From the NCBI GenBank assembly GCA_020536535.1, contig JAHLWZ010000804.1, positions 62,001 through 126,000 on the forward strand: 64,000 nucleotides of DNA. The letters run 5' to 3'. Numbering within the stretch: the first letter of the stretch is position 1; the number at the start of each line of letters is the position of its first letter. The position numbers and the translations under genes are program-made. The DNA comes from Pelomyxa schiedti (taxonomy: Eukaryota > Protista > Evosea). The notes under the pieces were generated by a model. That model searched no databases. It was not told the origin of the DNA and worked only from the letters and a program-made list of their open reading frames with translations. Positions 17,474 through 30,478 of the stretch are shown here, piece after piece.

Positions 17474-18728
17474 ATGCCGCCTCATGGAACCCACCACTAC
17501 AACAACGTCAACGTCCCCGCCGTGCCAAACAGGCGCGCCGTGTCGTTCCTTCCCACAATCGTGTCTTGCGTGCTCTGTTCTATGTGTGCCCTGCGGTGGG
17601 GCTCACTCCCACTGCCCCTAAGGCTGTTTCTCGTCCCCCTCGTGCTCCTGACCGCCCTCGACGCACGGTATCGTCTGGTCCAACACCGAGGCCTGCTTTT
17701 GGCCCTGAGGGCTTGGGCCAACGGCAAACACCCCGTTGGGTAAGGACCTTCCCATAATTGTGTTGGACCTTGTGCATGTTGTTTCTTTCTTATGGCATGC
17801 CACGTGATGGCTTGGTTTTTTTTTAACAAACAAAGCGCAATCACGCTTATGAGCTCGTTTTTACAGATATACTCGGTTTATCAATGGGCTGGCTAAGATA
17901 TTTGGACAAAGAGTCATTGCAGCTGCTACTGATCGTTACCACGGAAAAGTACTTACTCCTGAACATGCAAGAGTGTGCTTCTTTTTCTTTCCCCATCTTG
18001 AATTCCGAGCCCTATCTCACTTTACATAGACAATGGTTACTTGGACAAAGTGCTGCATCGAACGCAGTGACCTTGGCGAACGTGTTCTACCTTTCAGTGT
18101 AGCCAGGGACCTAGTGATGCGGGGACCTCCGGAGATTGCGCTTGTTAATTGCGAGTGCAGAGAATTAAAGAAAGTTCATTGCGAGCCTCTGGAGGTAGAT
18201 AGTTTCCTTACCGCGCTTATTAAAAGTAATGACTACCTCAAGGTTTGCATGGTAATGGGCAGAGAGCTTTTAGATCGCTTTCCCTCGGCGAAGCGCATAA
18301 CAATACCTGAGGCTATTGAAGTTCTCAAGGCAGCACACAACAACGGGAACGTGCACACAGCGTGGTTCGCGGAACTACACGAAAACTCAATGTTCGCAAT
18401 ATGCAACTGCTGCAAGTGCTGCTGCAGCGGAATTGAGACCATGAGGAGGTACGGCTTCACAGCCGGCAATATGGTGTCATCAGGCTACAGCTCCCGCCGC
18501 AAAGAAGGAAGCACATGCGTAGGCTGCGGCGCATGCGAGAAGCTCTGCGCCTTTGATGCTATACACCTCAAGCTGGCAGCGGAACAAGGTGGCCGGCCAC
18601 AGGCTTATGTAGATACTGACAAGTGCCTTGGCTGTGGGGTGTGTGTTGCCAAGTGCCCAAAGAAGTGCCTGGAGCTCACAAGAGACCCTTCAAAACCCGC
18701 TCCTCTTGACCTGAATGAGCTATTCTGA
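17474..18728 (+). CDS. Anaerobe-type 4Fe-4S dicluster protein (ICNCCxCCC family) with hydrophobic N-terminal extension, 4 exons
   Basis: Spliced product has YHGKVLTPEHAR, NCECR, VCMVMG, VHTAWF, AICNCCKCCC, CVGCGACEKLC and CLGCGVCVAKCP. Exon 1 has two hydrophobic segments. Confidence 0.88.
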
Positions 18729-18924
18729 GAACAAAACTTTGACTCATTAACTGCAAACCAACCTCACAACCCCGTTGTCCCACGACAGAATAACCTACCG
18801 AAGTCACCCACGCAGGCAATTTTCCAATCAACTTGTCCAAGCGAGTAGCCCAACTTGACTACCTCGCTTCTTGCGTCATTTTTCCTTCTCATAATTTCCG
18901 AACAATAAACGGAACAAACACCGA

Positions 18925-21546
18925 ATGAGCTGGCTGATCAACAGGTCGTGGCGGTCCAAGACCCCACCAACAGCAGCAGACGCCAACACACCAAAAGCAG
19001 CAGCACTAGCGGCAGCGACGACGAGCCAAACGCCGGCATCTACAACACCACCGAGCGCGACTCGCAGGGCCACAGGGACAGCCGTCGCTAGCAATGCTAC
19101 TACTCCACCAACAACCAGAGCAACACCTACCGTCCCAGATAGGACATCCACCTCCTCTTCCTCGGCCTCGGCCTCCGCCTCCTCCACGTCTACGTCACGG
19201 TCAACGTCCACATCCACATCCACATCCACATCCACATCCACATCCACCTCGACGTCGACGTCGACGTCCACGTCCACATCAACGCCAGCAACGGCTCTGA
19301 GGTCCTCAATAACTAAACGCGACGCCAGAGCCAAAGCCAGGACCAAGCCGGACCGCGACGAAGACGAGGCGCGCTACAAGGTGTACTGGAAGACCCAAGG
19401 GTTCTTCGTGATATGCACCGCGTGCGGGGCCGCCGGGCGCCCGCTGGTCAGCCGCGCCAAGGTGCGCACGAGGTGCCGGAGCTGCGGCGAGGAGGTGGCG
19501 TGCACGGACAAGGACCCCGCGTGCTGGCGCGACCTCAAGATCGGGGTGCCGGGGCACTGCCTGGGCCCCAGGTGCGACCCGCGGGGGACTCCCAAGGGCC
19601 AGCCTACCAAAATAGACTTTTGGACAAAGTGTGGCAAGTGCGGGGATCAGGGTGCCGTGTTTTCTAGGGTGCTGTTCGACAACACTGCCAGAAAGACTTG
19701 TGGGATCTGTCTGGAGGTTAAACCTGTATGTGTCCCTCCCTCCATACTTTTCTTGAAGATTTGAGATATTTCAAGCAATTATATAACCCAAAAACAAAGG
19801 AAATGCTATTCTTTCCGCACCCTTGCACCCATTGCATATGCCCAGAGTGCTTTATACGCTACTGGACACACAAGGTGTCTTCACGGCGGCTGCCATGGAA
19901 TCCAGAGAAAAAAAAGCATGGCATTACCTGCCCATGTTGTCGTATGATCACTTAAAATAAATTTAACACAGTCCCAGGTGGCTGCCAAGTCTTTATACAC
20001 GATTTGCATCTGCTGAAACTAGTTGGTGCTGACCTCTATAATAAAATAAAAGATATCGGTGTTGGCAGGGAAAGTCTTGCAGTAAGGCCCCTTAAACTCT
20101 GAATCCTATATTTAACCAACAAACAATCTAGGACATCGGATGTAATGGTATTTATTGTGCAAATGAAAGGTGTGAATATGCAGCAAAGGCGTTCCTGCCA
20201 GCATCTCTTGACCAGTCATTCTCCCAGTGTCCTGGTTGCAAGGTAGTATCAATGAAGTTCCAATTTTCTACGAATCTCAAAGCCAAAATAGCAACACACT
20301 TGCGTGGTCTGCTTGAGTCTTGCTGGTAGATGCACATGCACGGGATTGGATCCAATGCGAACTGCTCCATATTTCATTCAACTCGGAGGTGCAGCCACGC
20401 ATAACCTCCAGTTACAAACCTAATTCACATTAAGAGCATTTCTGCAAGAGCGTTAAAATACCCGAGCGAGATCGAACTATACCGGTCTTTTTCCAACGTG
20501 GATCTAAGCTTCTTGTTTATGTATCAGAATAAATGCCATGGCGATTTTATAATGGGTACCAGGTACACCCAGATGATACAATTTTGGAAGTGAAATGTCT
20601 TCTTGAAAAACAGCACAATATTGAGTGCTTCAAGCAAAGGTTTGTCTACATTGGAAATGATGTTCCTCTCGATAAAACAATCGGGTCACTTGCAATGGCA
20701 AGCAATACTGTCGTACATTTAGTTTTCTATGCATTAACGGAGAATCCCTACATGTGTGTAGCTTGTAATTACCTCGTTTCTGACCTTTTCCCTCCCAGGA
20801 AAACTCCCGCCGAGCCTTCCTCTGTTGTGGCCAATACAACGAATACTACCAGTGCTTCAACAGCCGTGCCTGCTCAACTACCTTCTGTCCACACCCTTGC
20901 ACCAACAGAAGTGCCAACTGAGAGGCAAGACCAAGCTTCGAAAAATCATGATGCTCCTCCTGTACCAAATCAAAGCCCACCTCCCCAACCTCCTCCAATG
21001 CCATCCCCTGCAGCTGTTCCACCACCCAGTGAGACGGCTCATCAACCCACAGAAACAACAGTGGCACAGGCAACACCCCAGCTTCAAACCTCCCCCTCCA
21101 CTGTACCACCTAAACAAGTTACTTCTGACCAACAAGCAACCCCTGCTGTAACTGACCAAGCAGTGGGCCCAGTAGAGAAGCGGTGCCCCCAGCCCTCATG
21201 CCGTGCACTGGTCATTAAATTTAAGTAAGCCTGTAACAACTCATTGCATCTTCCACTCAATTAATATGCTCAATCAGACATCACGGCTGCCACCATGTCA
21301 AATGCCCCTCTTGCAACTATGCCTTTTGGTAAGTATTCCTGTCCTCATACACTGTTATTACCGCCAAGCACTAAAACCATTCCCAAATCAACAACCAGTT
21401 ATTCGTGCCTGGGCCCACACCCTTGTAGCAAGTGCTCGTACCTCTGTAACAAAAAGTGTGACTGTGCTCCTTGTGATGCGTGCAAACTTGGAAAACCATG
21501 CCCGGACTGCAAAGGATGTGATGTATGTGAGCCAAGAGACGAGTAA
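18925..21546 (+). CDS. Parkin-like RBR E3 ubiquitin ligase: S/T-rich N-terminus, RING0, RING1, IBR, Ubl, P-rich linker, RING2, Cys-rich tail
   Basis: RING0-like FFVICTAC..KVRTRCRSC..PACWRDL..GHC..FWTKC; RING1 CGIC..CTHCICPECF; IHDLHLLKLVGADLY (Parkin IKELHHFRILGEEQY); IBR; Ubl IPVFF...TILEVK...QRFVYIG...TVVHLV; RING2 KRCPQPSC..KHHGCHHVKCPSC..FCYSC. Confidence 0.88.
19186..19284 (+). repeat. Hexanucleotide repeat (ACATCC/ACGTCN) encoding (TS)n in the Parkin-like N-terminus
   Basis: Tandem acatcc/acgtcg units seen directly. Confidence 0.9.
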
Positions 21547-21971
21547 AAAAAAACCATTCTGTTGTATTGCACAAGAAAGTCTTTTGTTGGCTCATCCGCA
21601 CTCAAACCCAAACTCCCATGTGTCATCCTAGTCAAGACAGCCTCAGAAAAGAGTGAATGCAATTTTCGGTGGAATTCTCAAGCATTTTTGGCAGGTACTT
21701 TTTTTGATGGAGTGGTCCGTGCATCCCTTGAATTGGGCTGGGCACAGGCAAACTGTTTTTAACTCAGTTGAAGAGGTACCCTTCCTGTAGGCCACTTCTC
21801 ACTTACCTTTGAACCAATCCTCGATTTTTCGTGCACGAAACCCGGATTCTACCCCAAGGGTAGCTTTCCCCAAAACAAAAATATCAAGACCAGGACTGGG
21901 GTACCCAGTCACTGGGATAAGTTACTTTTTACACAAAACAGCGAGGGTCTTTGCACATGTGGGGGGAGGCT

Positions 21972-24594
21972 CTAGTGTACACTGTTGCTAGAATCGAGGC
22001 TTGGTGATTCTGGCGGTGGGCTCAGGAGGTGTGTCCTGGGTGTGGCGTCGTTGGCTCTGTTGGGTAGTTTGGTGTGTAATGTTGGGTGCTTCGTCCGGCT
22101 GCGTTTGGAGTGATGTGCGGCTGTGGTGCTGTGGGTGTGGATTGCTAACGAGGGTGTTGGTGCGGAGAACTGGAATGGAATTGGGTGATGCGGAGATGAA
22201 GGTAGTACACCCGCACCGGGGTGTGGAAGGGCGGGATCGTCGTAGCTGTGTGTGGGAACACTTGCCGGCGATGTATCTTGGCTGGGATCCAGCTCCAAAC
22301 CCTCGGGTAGGGTTACTCCCTCGCTGTTCTGAAAAATGTTCTCCTGATCCAGTGTGGCCTCTTGTGATGCATCACCTGAATCAGAGACGGTTGGTGTTGA
22401 TGAAGATTCCCCGGTGGACGTGGCAAGGTTAATGTCGGAACTGTTCTGTGACACCGGATCTGCGTTTATGGAAGCCTCGGTTGCCGTGACACCAGCTTCT
22501 TCACTTTGGAGGCGGATTTTTCTGGTGCGAACAAATCCAATCACCACAAACGAGACGAGGAAAATGACACAAAATGCTATCAGCAAGGTAGATACAACCA
22601 AGGCAACAGTGAATAAAATCTTTTTGGTAGAGATCTCACTGGAAGTCTCCGAAACCAATGCTGTGCGGAATTAGACTGAAAACTCGATGTAATGACAACA
22701 TACAATAATCGCAGTTAGCAACAGAGGCGAAGCCGATTCGGCTATTAGCTCGATCAAACAGTGTAGTGAAAGGAGACAAAAACACGTCACCCAGCACTGT
22801 TGTGTTGCTGCCACTACTGTGTATGCCAAAGTACCAGCATGGAGTTCCGCGGTTGTCCTACAGAATTTAAGAAAGCAAGAGGATGCAAAAGCCGCATACC
22901 CGCGTTGAAACAAAGTAAATGTCCGGCTGTAAAACAAGGGATATTTCTGCATCGGGATCACTTGCATCTGGCATATAGAAGACAAAGTTGGGGTACTCGT
23001 CCAAAGTTCGGTCACTGAAGTACCAGCAAGCATCAGGATCAAATATGTTTGTTTTCCCACAAACTCCTGTCAAGCTGAATGTGGAAGAACAATAATTGCT
23101 TTGCAAAGTTTGGACAACACTCTGAAACCAGCTTAAGAACGAGGAGAGTGATAAGTTCAGAAACACTCACATTGTAAAGTGCGGTAGCTAACAGGATCAA
23201 ACTCGTGCCACTGTCTACGATTGCATCAAGTGTCTGGGAAGTTATGGCAAATTCACCTATCCCGATCCTGACCAACTCTACGTGGTAATAATCTTGTTTA
23301 ACTGGAGAACCTAGTTAGCGTATGTAAAGCTTTCAACTACACACCTATTGGTGTTAACGCGAATTGACCGGTGTAAGTGCCAGTTGAGCCACCAAGAACA
23401 AGCAAACCACCCTACAATGTGTCAGTAAAAGGAAATGAGACAATGATATGTGAAGTATACCAGAGGGCTGAGGCAAATAGAAAATTCATCTTTGAGCCCT
23501 GCCTCTACCAATGTTTCAAATACACCAGGAACGTCAGAAACGGATATCGATTGGTATGCAAGGCCTAGGATGCCGTCAACCTGGCCAAAAGTTAGTCTAT
23601 TTTTATACTAAGTGCGGGGAAACCTCACTGGACGCGAAATTTCCCTTTTCAGAAAGCGCTACACCCAGGCTCACCTCCGTAGGAACAAAGTTGCCTTGGA
23701 AAAGTTATTCACTTACACTGCACTGGAGAAACGTACTTATTCTCAAGGAGTCATTGACTACATAAGCATTAACAGATGAGGCGTCACCATAGGATACATG
23801 AATCTGGCATGCCTCTTGTCCCTCCAAAGAAACACAACTGTGAAACTCATTAATGGAAGAAGCAAGAAAATGTAATTCACTTACCCAGAGTTACAAGTGT
23901 CGGTGCAGGGCCACAAGGATGACGTATTGGAGGCAGTGTAATTGTAAAGGTTTGTTGTGTGTGGACACGCTACCAAAATATTAGCATGTCAGAGAAAACC
24001 TATTCTCTACAAACCTTTTCCAGAGGACGTTACGCAATCTGTGCTAGGTAGTAGAAGGTTGGCACTGCCGGTGTCTATTTGTACACGGAAAGACTGTGAA
24101 GGAGTACCAACCTGATACAGTTAGGAAGAAAAACACCTGGGAAAGGAGAAAGAAATGCTCACAGATACTTCTGCGAAGTACTCGCCAATGACCCCCACAC
24201 CGCCACCCAGTAGACAGAAGAACAACGTGCGCTGCTCATCAGGAGGGACTGCTGGCACTGAACCACTGTATTCAACTCCTTTGACTCCATCATCCTCATC
24301 ACCATCACCATGCGGATGTCCCCTGTCCTTTACATCGGCGCTACTAGGTGGTGGTCCCATCTTCTTTGCATCAGGGACTGGTGGGGATCCAAAATAAAGG
24401 CGGTAGTCGGCTTCTCCATAGCCTTGAATTCCCGTGTTCTCCACATTGCCACGGATGAGCTTGATTATAACAGCGTCACGTGATGTCACAATACTGGCAC
24501 ACGCCAACCACACCACAGTGATAAAAAAGGGCTGTCCACATCCGCATGTACGGAAAAAGCTGCGCGCGACGTCGTTCCTGGAGATCCGGTGCAT
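21972..24594 (-). CDS. Membrane-anchored pepsin-family (A1) aspartyl protease
   Basis: GEYFAEVSVGTPSQSFRVQIDTGS and AIVDSGTSLI catalytic motifs; signal-like N-terminus; C-terminal TM ILFTVALVVSTLLIAFCVIFLVSFVVIGFV followed by a low-complexity tail. Confidence 0.9.
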
Positions 24595-25190
24595 TGCCGA
24601 CCACAACTGCAAGCTAGATTATATGGAGATCTTGGCGTGCGTTTATTTGTTTGTTGTCTGTGTTCCGGGCGCACTTTGTTCGTTGGTTGCGGTACCCGAA
24701 TGCACCTTTTTTTGTTTATGTTTTTTTTTTCTTCTCTTTCCTCATCGGAATGAAAAAGCCGATGCCACAGAAGTGTATAAAAGGCAACAACATCAGCCAA
24801 TCTTCAAGTCTAAGGAACACTTTCCATCACGGATCTACCTCCCTCACCAAGAGGAACGCTCTCTGTCCCTCACCTCTCAGCTACGGACCAGGGCAGCCCC
24901 CGAGGTTCTAAAGTTCTAATGAAACACCATCGGTCCGAAGAAAGCAACTGAATGCGCAGGGGAAAAAGAGCAAGAAAACCATCAACAACAAACTAAAAAG
25001 CCACTACGCAAAACCGACCAAAAACTAAACAAAATAGCACACCTACACCTGAGATCCAAGCAAGCACTGCTTTCCTAACAAAACAAGCCGCCTTCACCGC
25101 CTTGTTGTGCTTTATTGTTGATTACGATACATTTTTTTTTTAATTTACGACAACCACGCAACAGCCAAGTCAAACAAACAAGAAAAAACC

Positions 25191-27216
25191 ATGTATCAGC
25201 AATACGCTTACGCATCTCCGCATTCGCGAGTCCCTCTACTGCCTTCCCCAACTGCAATTCCCCGTGGAATGTACTACCCAATGGGATCTCCCCACGCGTC
25301 ACAAGTAGTCCCAACATCACCGTCGCCCCACATTTCCCAACAACAAATGCAGAACTTCCAACAACAGCAGTACTACGCACAACCTCAGTACGCACAATAC
25401 ACTCAATACCAGTACCCGCAGTATGCTCAGTACCCCCAATATCAACAACATTCTTCTATGCACCCACAAGTGCATCACCACCAGCAACAACAGCACGTTC
25501 AGCACCACATTACAATCCAACAAGCGCAACACACGTCTACGGCCCATAGTAAATCGGATTCAGCTGCATCTGCACCAAGACAGACTACAGAACCGGCAGA
25601 AACACCATTGGAAACTGCGAGCGCAACCTCACTTCCAGCATCTGAATCATTGGAATCGGCATCATCTCAGTCAACTGAACAACGAACAGAACCAGCACCC
25701 ACCCTCATGCAGCCGTCTATGTTATTGTCTGGGCAACCTCTAAATCTTACAGATGTTGACTGGAAGAGCAGACACAAAACCGCTGTTTGTTCCTTTCCTT
25801 TCATCCAACTGCCTAATTCAAGTGAAGGATGTAACAGCCACAAGAGGCATTGACTTTGAAGATTTTTATCTCAAGAGGGATCTTCTAATGGGGATTTATG
25901 CTAAAGGATACGAAAAGCCAAGCCCCATTCAAGAGGAAACCATCCCCATTGCCTTAGCCAAGTACGACATTCTTGCCAGGGCCAAGAACGGGACTGGTAA
26001 GACCGCTTCATTCTTGATTCCTGCTCTTGATCGGACTGATCCTAAATTTGACCACATTCAGGGTATGTGTTCCAACCAACTCAGTAACGTTTCACATATC
26101 CTAGTTCTCATTTTGGTGCCTACAAGAGAGTTGGCGTTACAGACCGCCCAGGAGTGCAAAGAACTTGCAAAGCACATGCCCAGCGTTCAAGTGATGGTGA
26201 CTACAGGCGGGACTTCACTAAAAGAAGATATTGTCCGGCTATATTCACCTGTCCACATCCTAGTTGCCACCCCAGGAAGAGTTTTGGATCTTGCAAATAA
26301 AGGTGTCGCCAATCTCAACAAATGTGGAATTCTTATCATGGATGAGGTTACTCTCCTTTTTTTCCCGAGAATCAAACAAACCAACAACAGGCTGACAAAC
26401 TCCTATCACCCGAGTTTCAACCTCTCGTTGAAGAGATCATTACATTCCTTCCTACGGATAGGCAAATACTTTTATTCAGTGCCACCTTCCCAATCACCGT
26501 CAAGGCCTTCAAAGATCGTTTCTTGCAAAAGCCTCATGAAATAAACTTGATGGACGAGTTGACATTAAAGGGCGTTACACAATATTATGCATTCGTTGAA
26601 GAGAGACAGAAAGTACACTGTTTGAACACTCTGTTTTCCAAGGTTCACTTTTTTGAGATTGGCTTCCCGTTACTGAACTAGATGATAGTTGACAATCTAT
26701 CAATCTATCATCTTCTGCAACTCGGTCAACAGAGTTGAGCTTCTTGCAAAAAAGATCACTGAACTCGGATACTCTTGCTTCTTCATACACGCAAAAATGC
26801 TGCAAACACACCGAAACAGAGTTTTCCATGATTTCCGGAGTGGAAACTGCAGAAATTTAGTTTCCTCAGGTTCGCTTCACTCAGACACTTCGCTATCAAG
26901 CGTTTACACCCTTATTGCTAGATTTATGCACTAGAGGCATTGACATACCCGCGGTCAATGTAGTTATTAACTTCGATTTCCCCAAAAACTCCGGTAAATC
27001 ACTCCTCTCTGTCCCCTTTTTTTCCGTAGCAAACCCCTTCTTTCAGAGACTTACTTGCACCGGATTGGGCGTTCAGGAAGATTTGGTCACAGAGGGCTCG
27101 CCATAAACTTGATCACTTGCAATGACACATTTAATCTGTACAAAATCGAGAAGGAGCTCAACACCACTATCAAACCAATTCCGGCACTCATCCCCCTGAA
27201 AGAGTACGCACTCTAA
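25191..27216 (+). CDS. DDX6: DEAD-box RNA helicase DDX6/Dhh1 with Q/Y/P-rich N-terminal extension
   Basis: [95 protein letters not shown]. Confidence 0.97.
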
Positions 27217-27396
27217 ACTGTGTGTATATCCTTTTCAGGCACCCAACATCACCGTAATCTTTGCGAGAAAGGGCACACAGGCCCCATCATTGATCTAACC
27301 CCATACGGACGTATTGAAAAAAAAAGGATCCATTCAGCCCAACAATCCAGCTCTTTTTCTTTCTTCCTTTTACAGTGGGTGATGTGCCTGAGGGTT

Positions 27397-30161
27397 TTAC
27401 TCTGAAGGAGTGAAATTTTTGTTTGTGGGTAGGCCTTTTAGGGTTGCTGCTAGTTTCTGATGGTCTTCAGTTGTTGGGAAGCACACCTGTGAATGTAAAT
27501 TGAGTTGGGAAACTTTAGAGACCGGAGGGAGGAAAGCAAAAGGAAACATACGCTCGTTGCTTCATAAATGTTCAGGGCACCAGAGACATCACCCACGATA
27601 AGAAGCTTTCCGTCAGCGGACCACCTCAGCTTGTTAATTGGTCGTGATATGTTGGTTGTCCAAACAGGAACCTACTCGCCGGTGAGAAAGAGTTGTTTAC
27701 TATTAAGCAAGACTGGTACCTCTCTGTCTTTGTTGATGTTCCACAAGCTCACTGTTCCAGAGCCATCACCGCTGGCAAACAAGGCGGGGTGGACTGGTGA
27801 CCATCTTGTGTCATATATGGAGTCGGTACTATCCTCAAATGACATCACTACCTTGGGTGTATCTCCCTTTTGAGTTAGTGTTAACGGCTTTGTAATCCAT
27901 GTTGAGGGAATAACACTTTGATGGACCACAGGTGCGTGGAGTAGTCAGCCGAACTGGTAAGGAAAAGTTGCGTGAATTCGGGATTGGGGTTAAAATCAAT
28001 AGACGACACAATGCCGGAATGCCCGTCAAACTTGTCACATTCCGCCCTATGAGCTATTAATGCAGAAGTTAAGTACAGGTAGGAGACAAACTTCCCAGTG
28101 TCAGTATGGCGAGGCCCTCGGTAAATGTATCCCTCTTCACTGCCTGGATGGACCATGAGAATAAGGGGGAAGTGTAATGTGACGCACCCGCATAAAAGGT
28201 ATTCACTTCGCCTTTGGGGAAAGCGAGGCACGTCACCCCGACACTCATGTGAGCTTGTTTTGACTGAATGTTTTGCGATTCCTTTCCAAAAACGGTGAAC
28301 AACAGAGGAAGCAATAGAGAAATGTACCACAGGGCGAGACATGTTAGAAGTGGACCACAGACACATGTGCCCATCGGTGGAGGTGGTGATAAGGTTGTGT
28401 GCGTTTTGTGTGCCTATAAAGTTCATGCTAGTCCAATGTAAGCAAATGAGGAAATAGGGACTGTTACCTATAAACAGGATGTGTATGTGTCTGAGTGGAA
28501 ATAGGAATAACTTGTACAGGTGTAGATTTTGCTCTGGTGTCCCAAACAACCTGGACACAGGTTGGCCTGTGGGTTAAGTGAGGAGAACTGTACATACAAT
28601 ATGTCCGGAATAAGTGCCGCCATAAATTACTGTAGGGCTAAATGGGGAAAACATCGCAGATATCACTTGAGACTAAATAATGTTACCAAAACAAGCCTGG
28701 TGAAGGAAGACAACTTGACAATAGAAAGCGAATTCCGGTCTCTCCAGTATTAATTTGGGAGAGATATTCCACACTAAAACCAATCCTTCAGTCTCACTCC
28801 ACACAGAGGAACGACCATAAGAGGCAAGGAGAAGTTCAGGAAACTAGTGAGAGTTAAAAATAAAGTGCGGATACAAACGTGAGTAGTGTTGTGGTTGAGT
28901 GTACTGTGTGGTAAGCATGATCACTTTGGCTGAGAAGCAAAGGTCGGTAACTGGTCTGCCTTTGTGTTTGTCCGAGAGTAGAGAGCGTTTAAAAACAAGA
29001 CTTTCAACAGTAGCTTCTCTGCTAAAGAAAAACTCACTTCTCGAAACAGGAAGAGGATTTCATACGCAGATGTACCGTCAGTATTACTTGCATAATCAAA
29101 GAGTAAATCTGGAATCATATCTGATACAACCAGAACTTTTTCCATGACTTTGACTTTCTTTGACAAAAACGTTTCAAATTCTTTGCTTTCCACAATATCT
29201 CGTATTTCATCCTCGTTGAGTGCTGAAAGAAGTAAGTGGGAGTTGGAGGCATGCTTCGCAAACTCTTAACGACTGGTTTGGGAGGATCAACTGAGCGCAA
29301 AGCAGATGAATGGGCATCAGTATCGACGTGAAAATCAGGCCGAATAACACGTGACATTGTTCTCCTGCGGGTGAGAGGCGTGACCTTGTGTGTTAGTGGG
29401 CTTTTGTACAATGCCATTATGATTTAATGAGACGGTTTTTTTTTGAGGCACACATTTTGAACTTTTGGAGATTCTCCAGCTGGTGTAGTGGCCTCTGACG
29501 CCGGAGTTTCTGTTGAAGTGGTTGAGTCCATTACAGTTTGCGTAGATTTGTCGTAGGTTTCCTGTGTGAGTGTTCATGAATATGACCCACAATTGAAGTC
29601 TCTAGGTACCCTTTGGCGTATTGTCATAACTGCTACATCGAATGTCTGTTGTAGTGCCGGAGCTCGCCGCTGACGTGTCAATTGCTGCTCCTGCTGTTGT
29701 TGTTGTTGTTGCTGCTGCTGTTGCTGTTGTTGTTGAGTCGCCAGGAGTTGTTGCTGTAGAGCTTGAATCTGTTGCTGCAGTTGTGTTATTACTTGCCGAG
29801 AGTCATCGGATGTGGGCGGGGGTGTTGACTCCGAATTATGGGCCTGGCTCTGCGACGTCGTAGGCTGCGAGGGCGAGGGTGCCGTCGGCGCAGGCGCCGT
29901 GGTTGGCGCCCCAAGGGACGACAAAATGCCATCCAACGAAGTGGCGCTGAGCAGGCGATCCAATTCCAGCACGACCGGGGTATCAATTCCGCCATTTATG
30001 CTGGAAGTCATCGTGGACGGCGGCAACGATACAGACGAAGGGGAGGGAGAACTCGAGATCGACGATGGCGTCGCCGCTACAGCAGCCGCCGCACGCCGTT
30101 TGCTTTCAAGCAATTGTTTCTTCTTGGCCAACTCGGCCTGCAGGTCCCGCTTTGCCGACAT
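27397..30161 (-). CDS. Cytoplasmic dynein intermediate chain (WD40)
   Basis: N-terminus [18 protein letters not shown] is typical of DYNC1I. WD motifs [58 protein letters not shown]. Confidence 0.92.
29683..29734 (-). repeat. CAA/CAG repeat encoding polyQ in dynein IC
   Basis: (TGT/TGC)n run on the plus strand. Confidence 0.9.
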
Positions 30162-30478
30162 CACGGTCTCTCGCACCCTTGTATTTCGCCTTTTTTTTTG
30201 ATTTGATGGCCAAACGAGCGAATCGAAACAAAAAATCCAAGATTACGCGGCGAGGACCCCTTCTTCTTCAACAACCTTCAGAATCTTATCACAATCACAT
30301 TGGGGAGATCACACGGCTTCCATGTACTTCCCCAGAGAGCTGGTGTTTCAGCGTGAGACCATTCTGATGCCGCCACTACTGGGCCAAAGTTCAACAAGTC
30401 TGACGACGACTTTCTAGAAGCGAAGGGTCACAACAGACCGAAGAAAAAAAAACAAAAAAACACAGCGAGCGTGGGACG

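Noticed and set aside
17750-17757. Other WCCCAYAA matches (17750, 17551, 34667 and others)
   Set aside because: They lie in exons or introns with no recognisable RNA about 60 nt downstream; such 8-mers are expected by chance.
18876-19346. Minus-strand (VD)n ORF
   Set aside because: Reverse complement of the (TS)n repeat in the Parkin-like gene.
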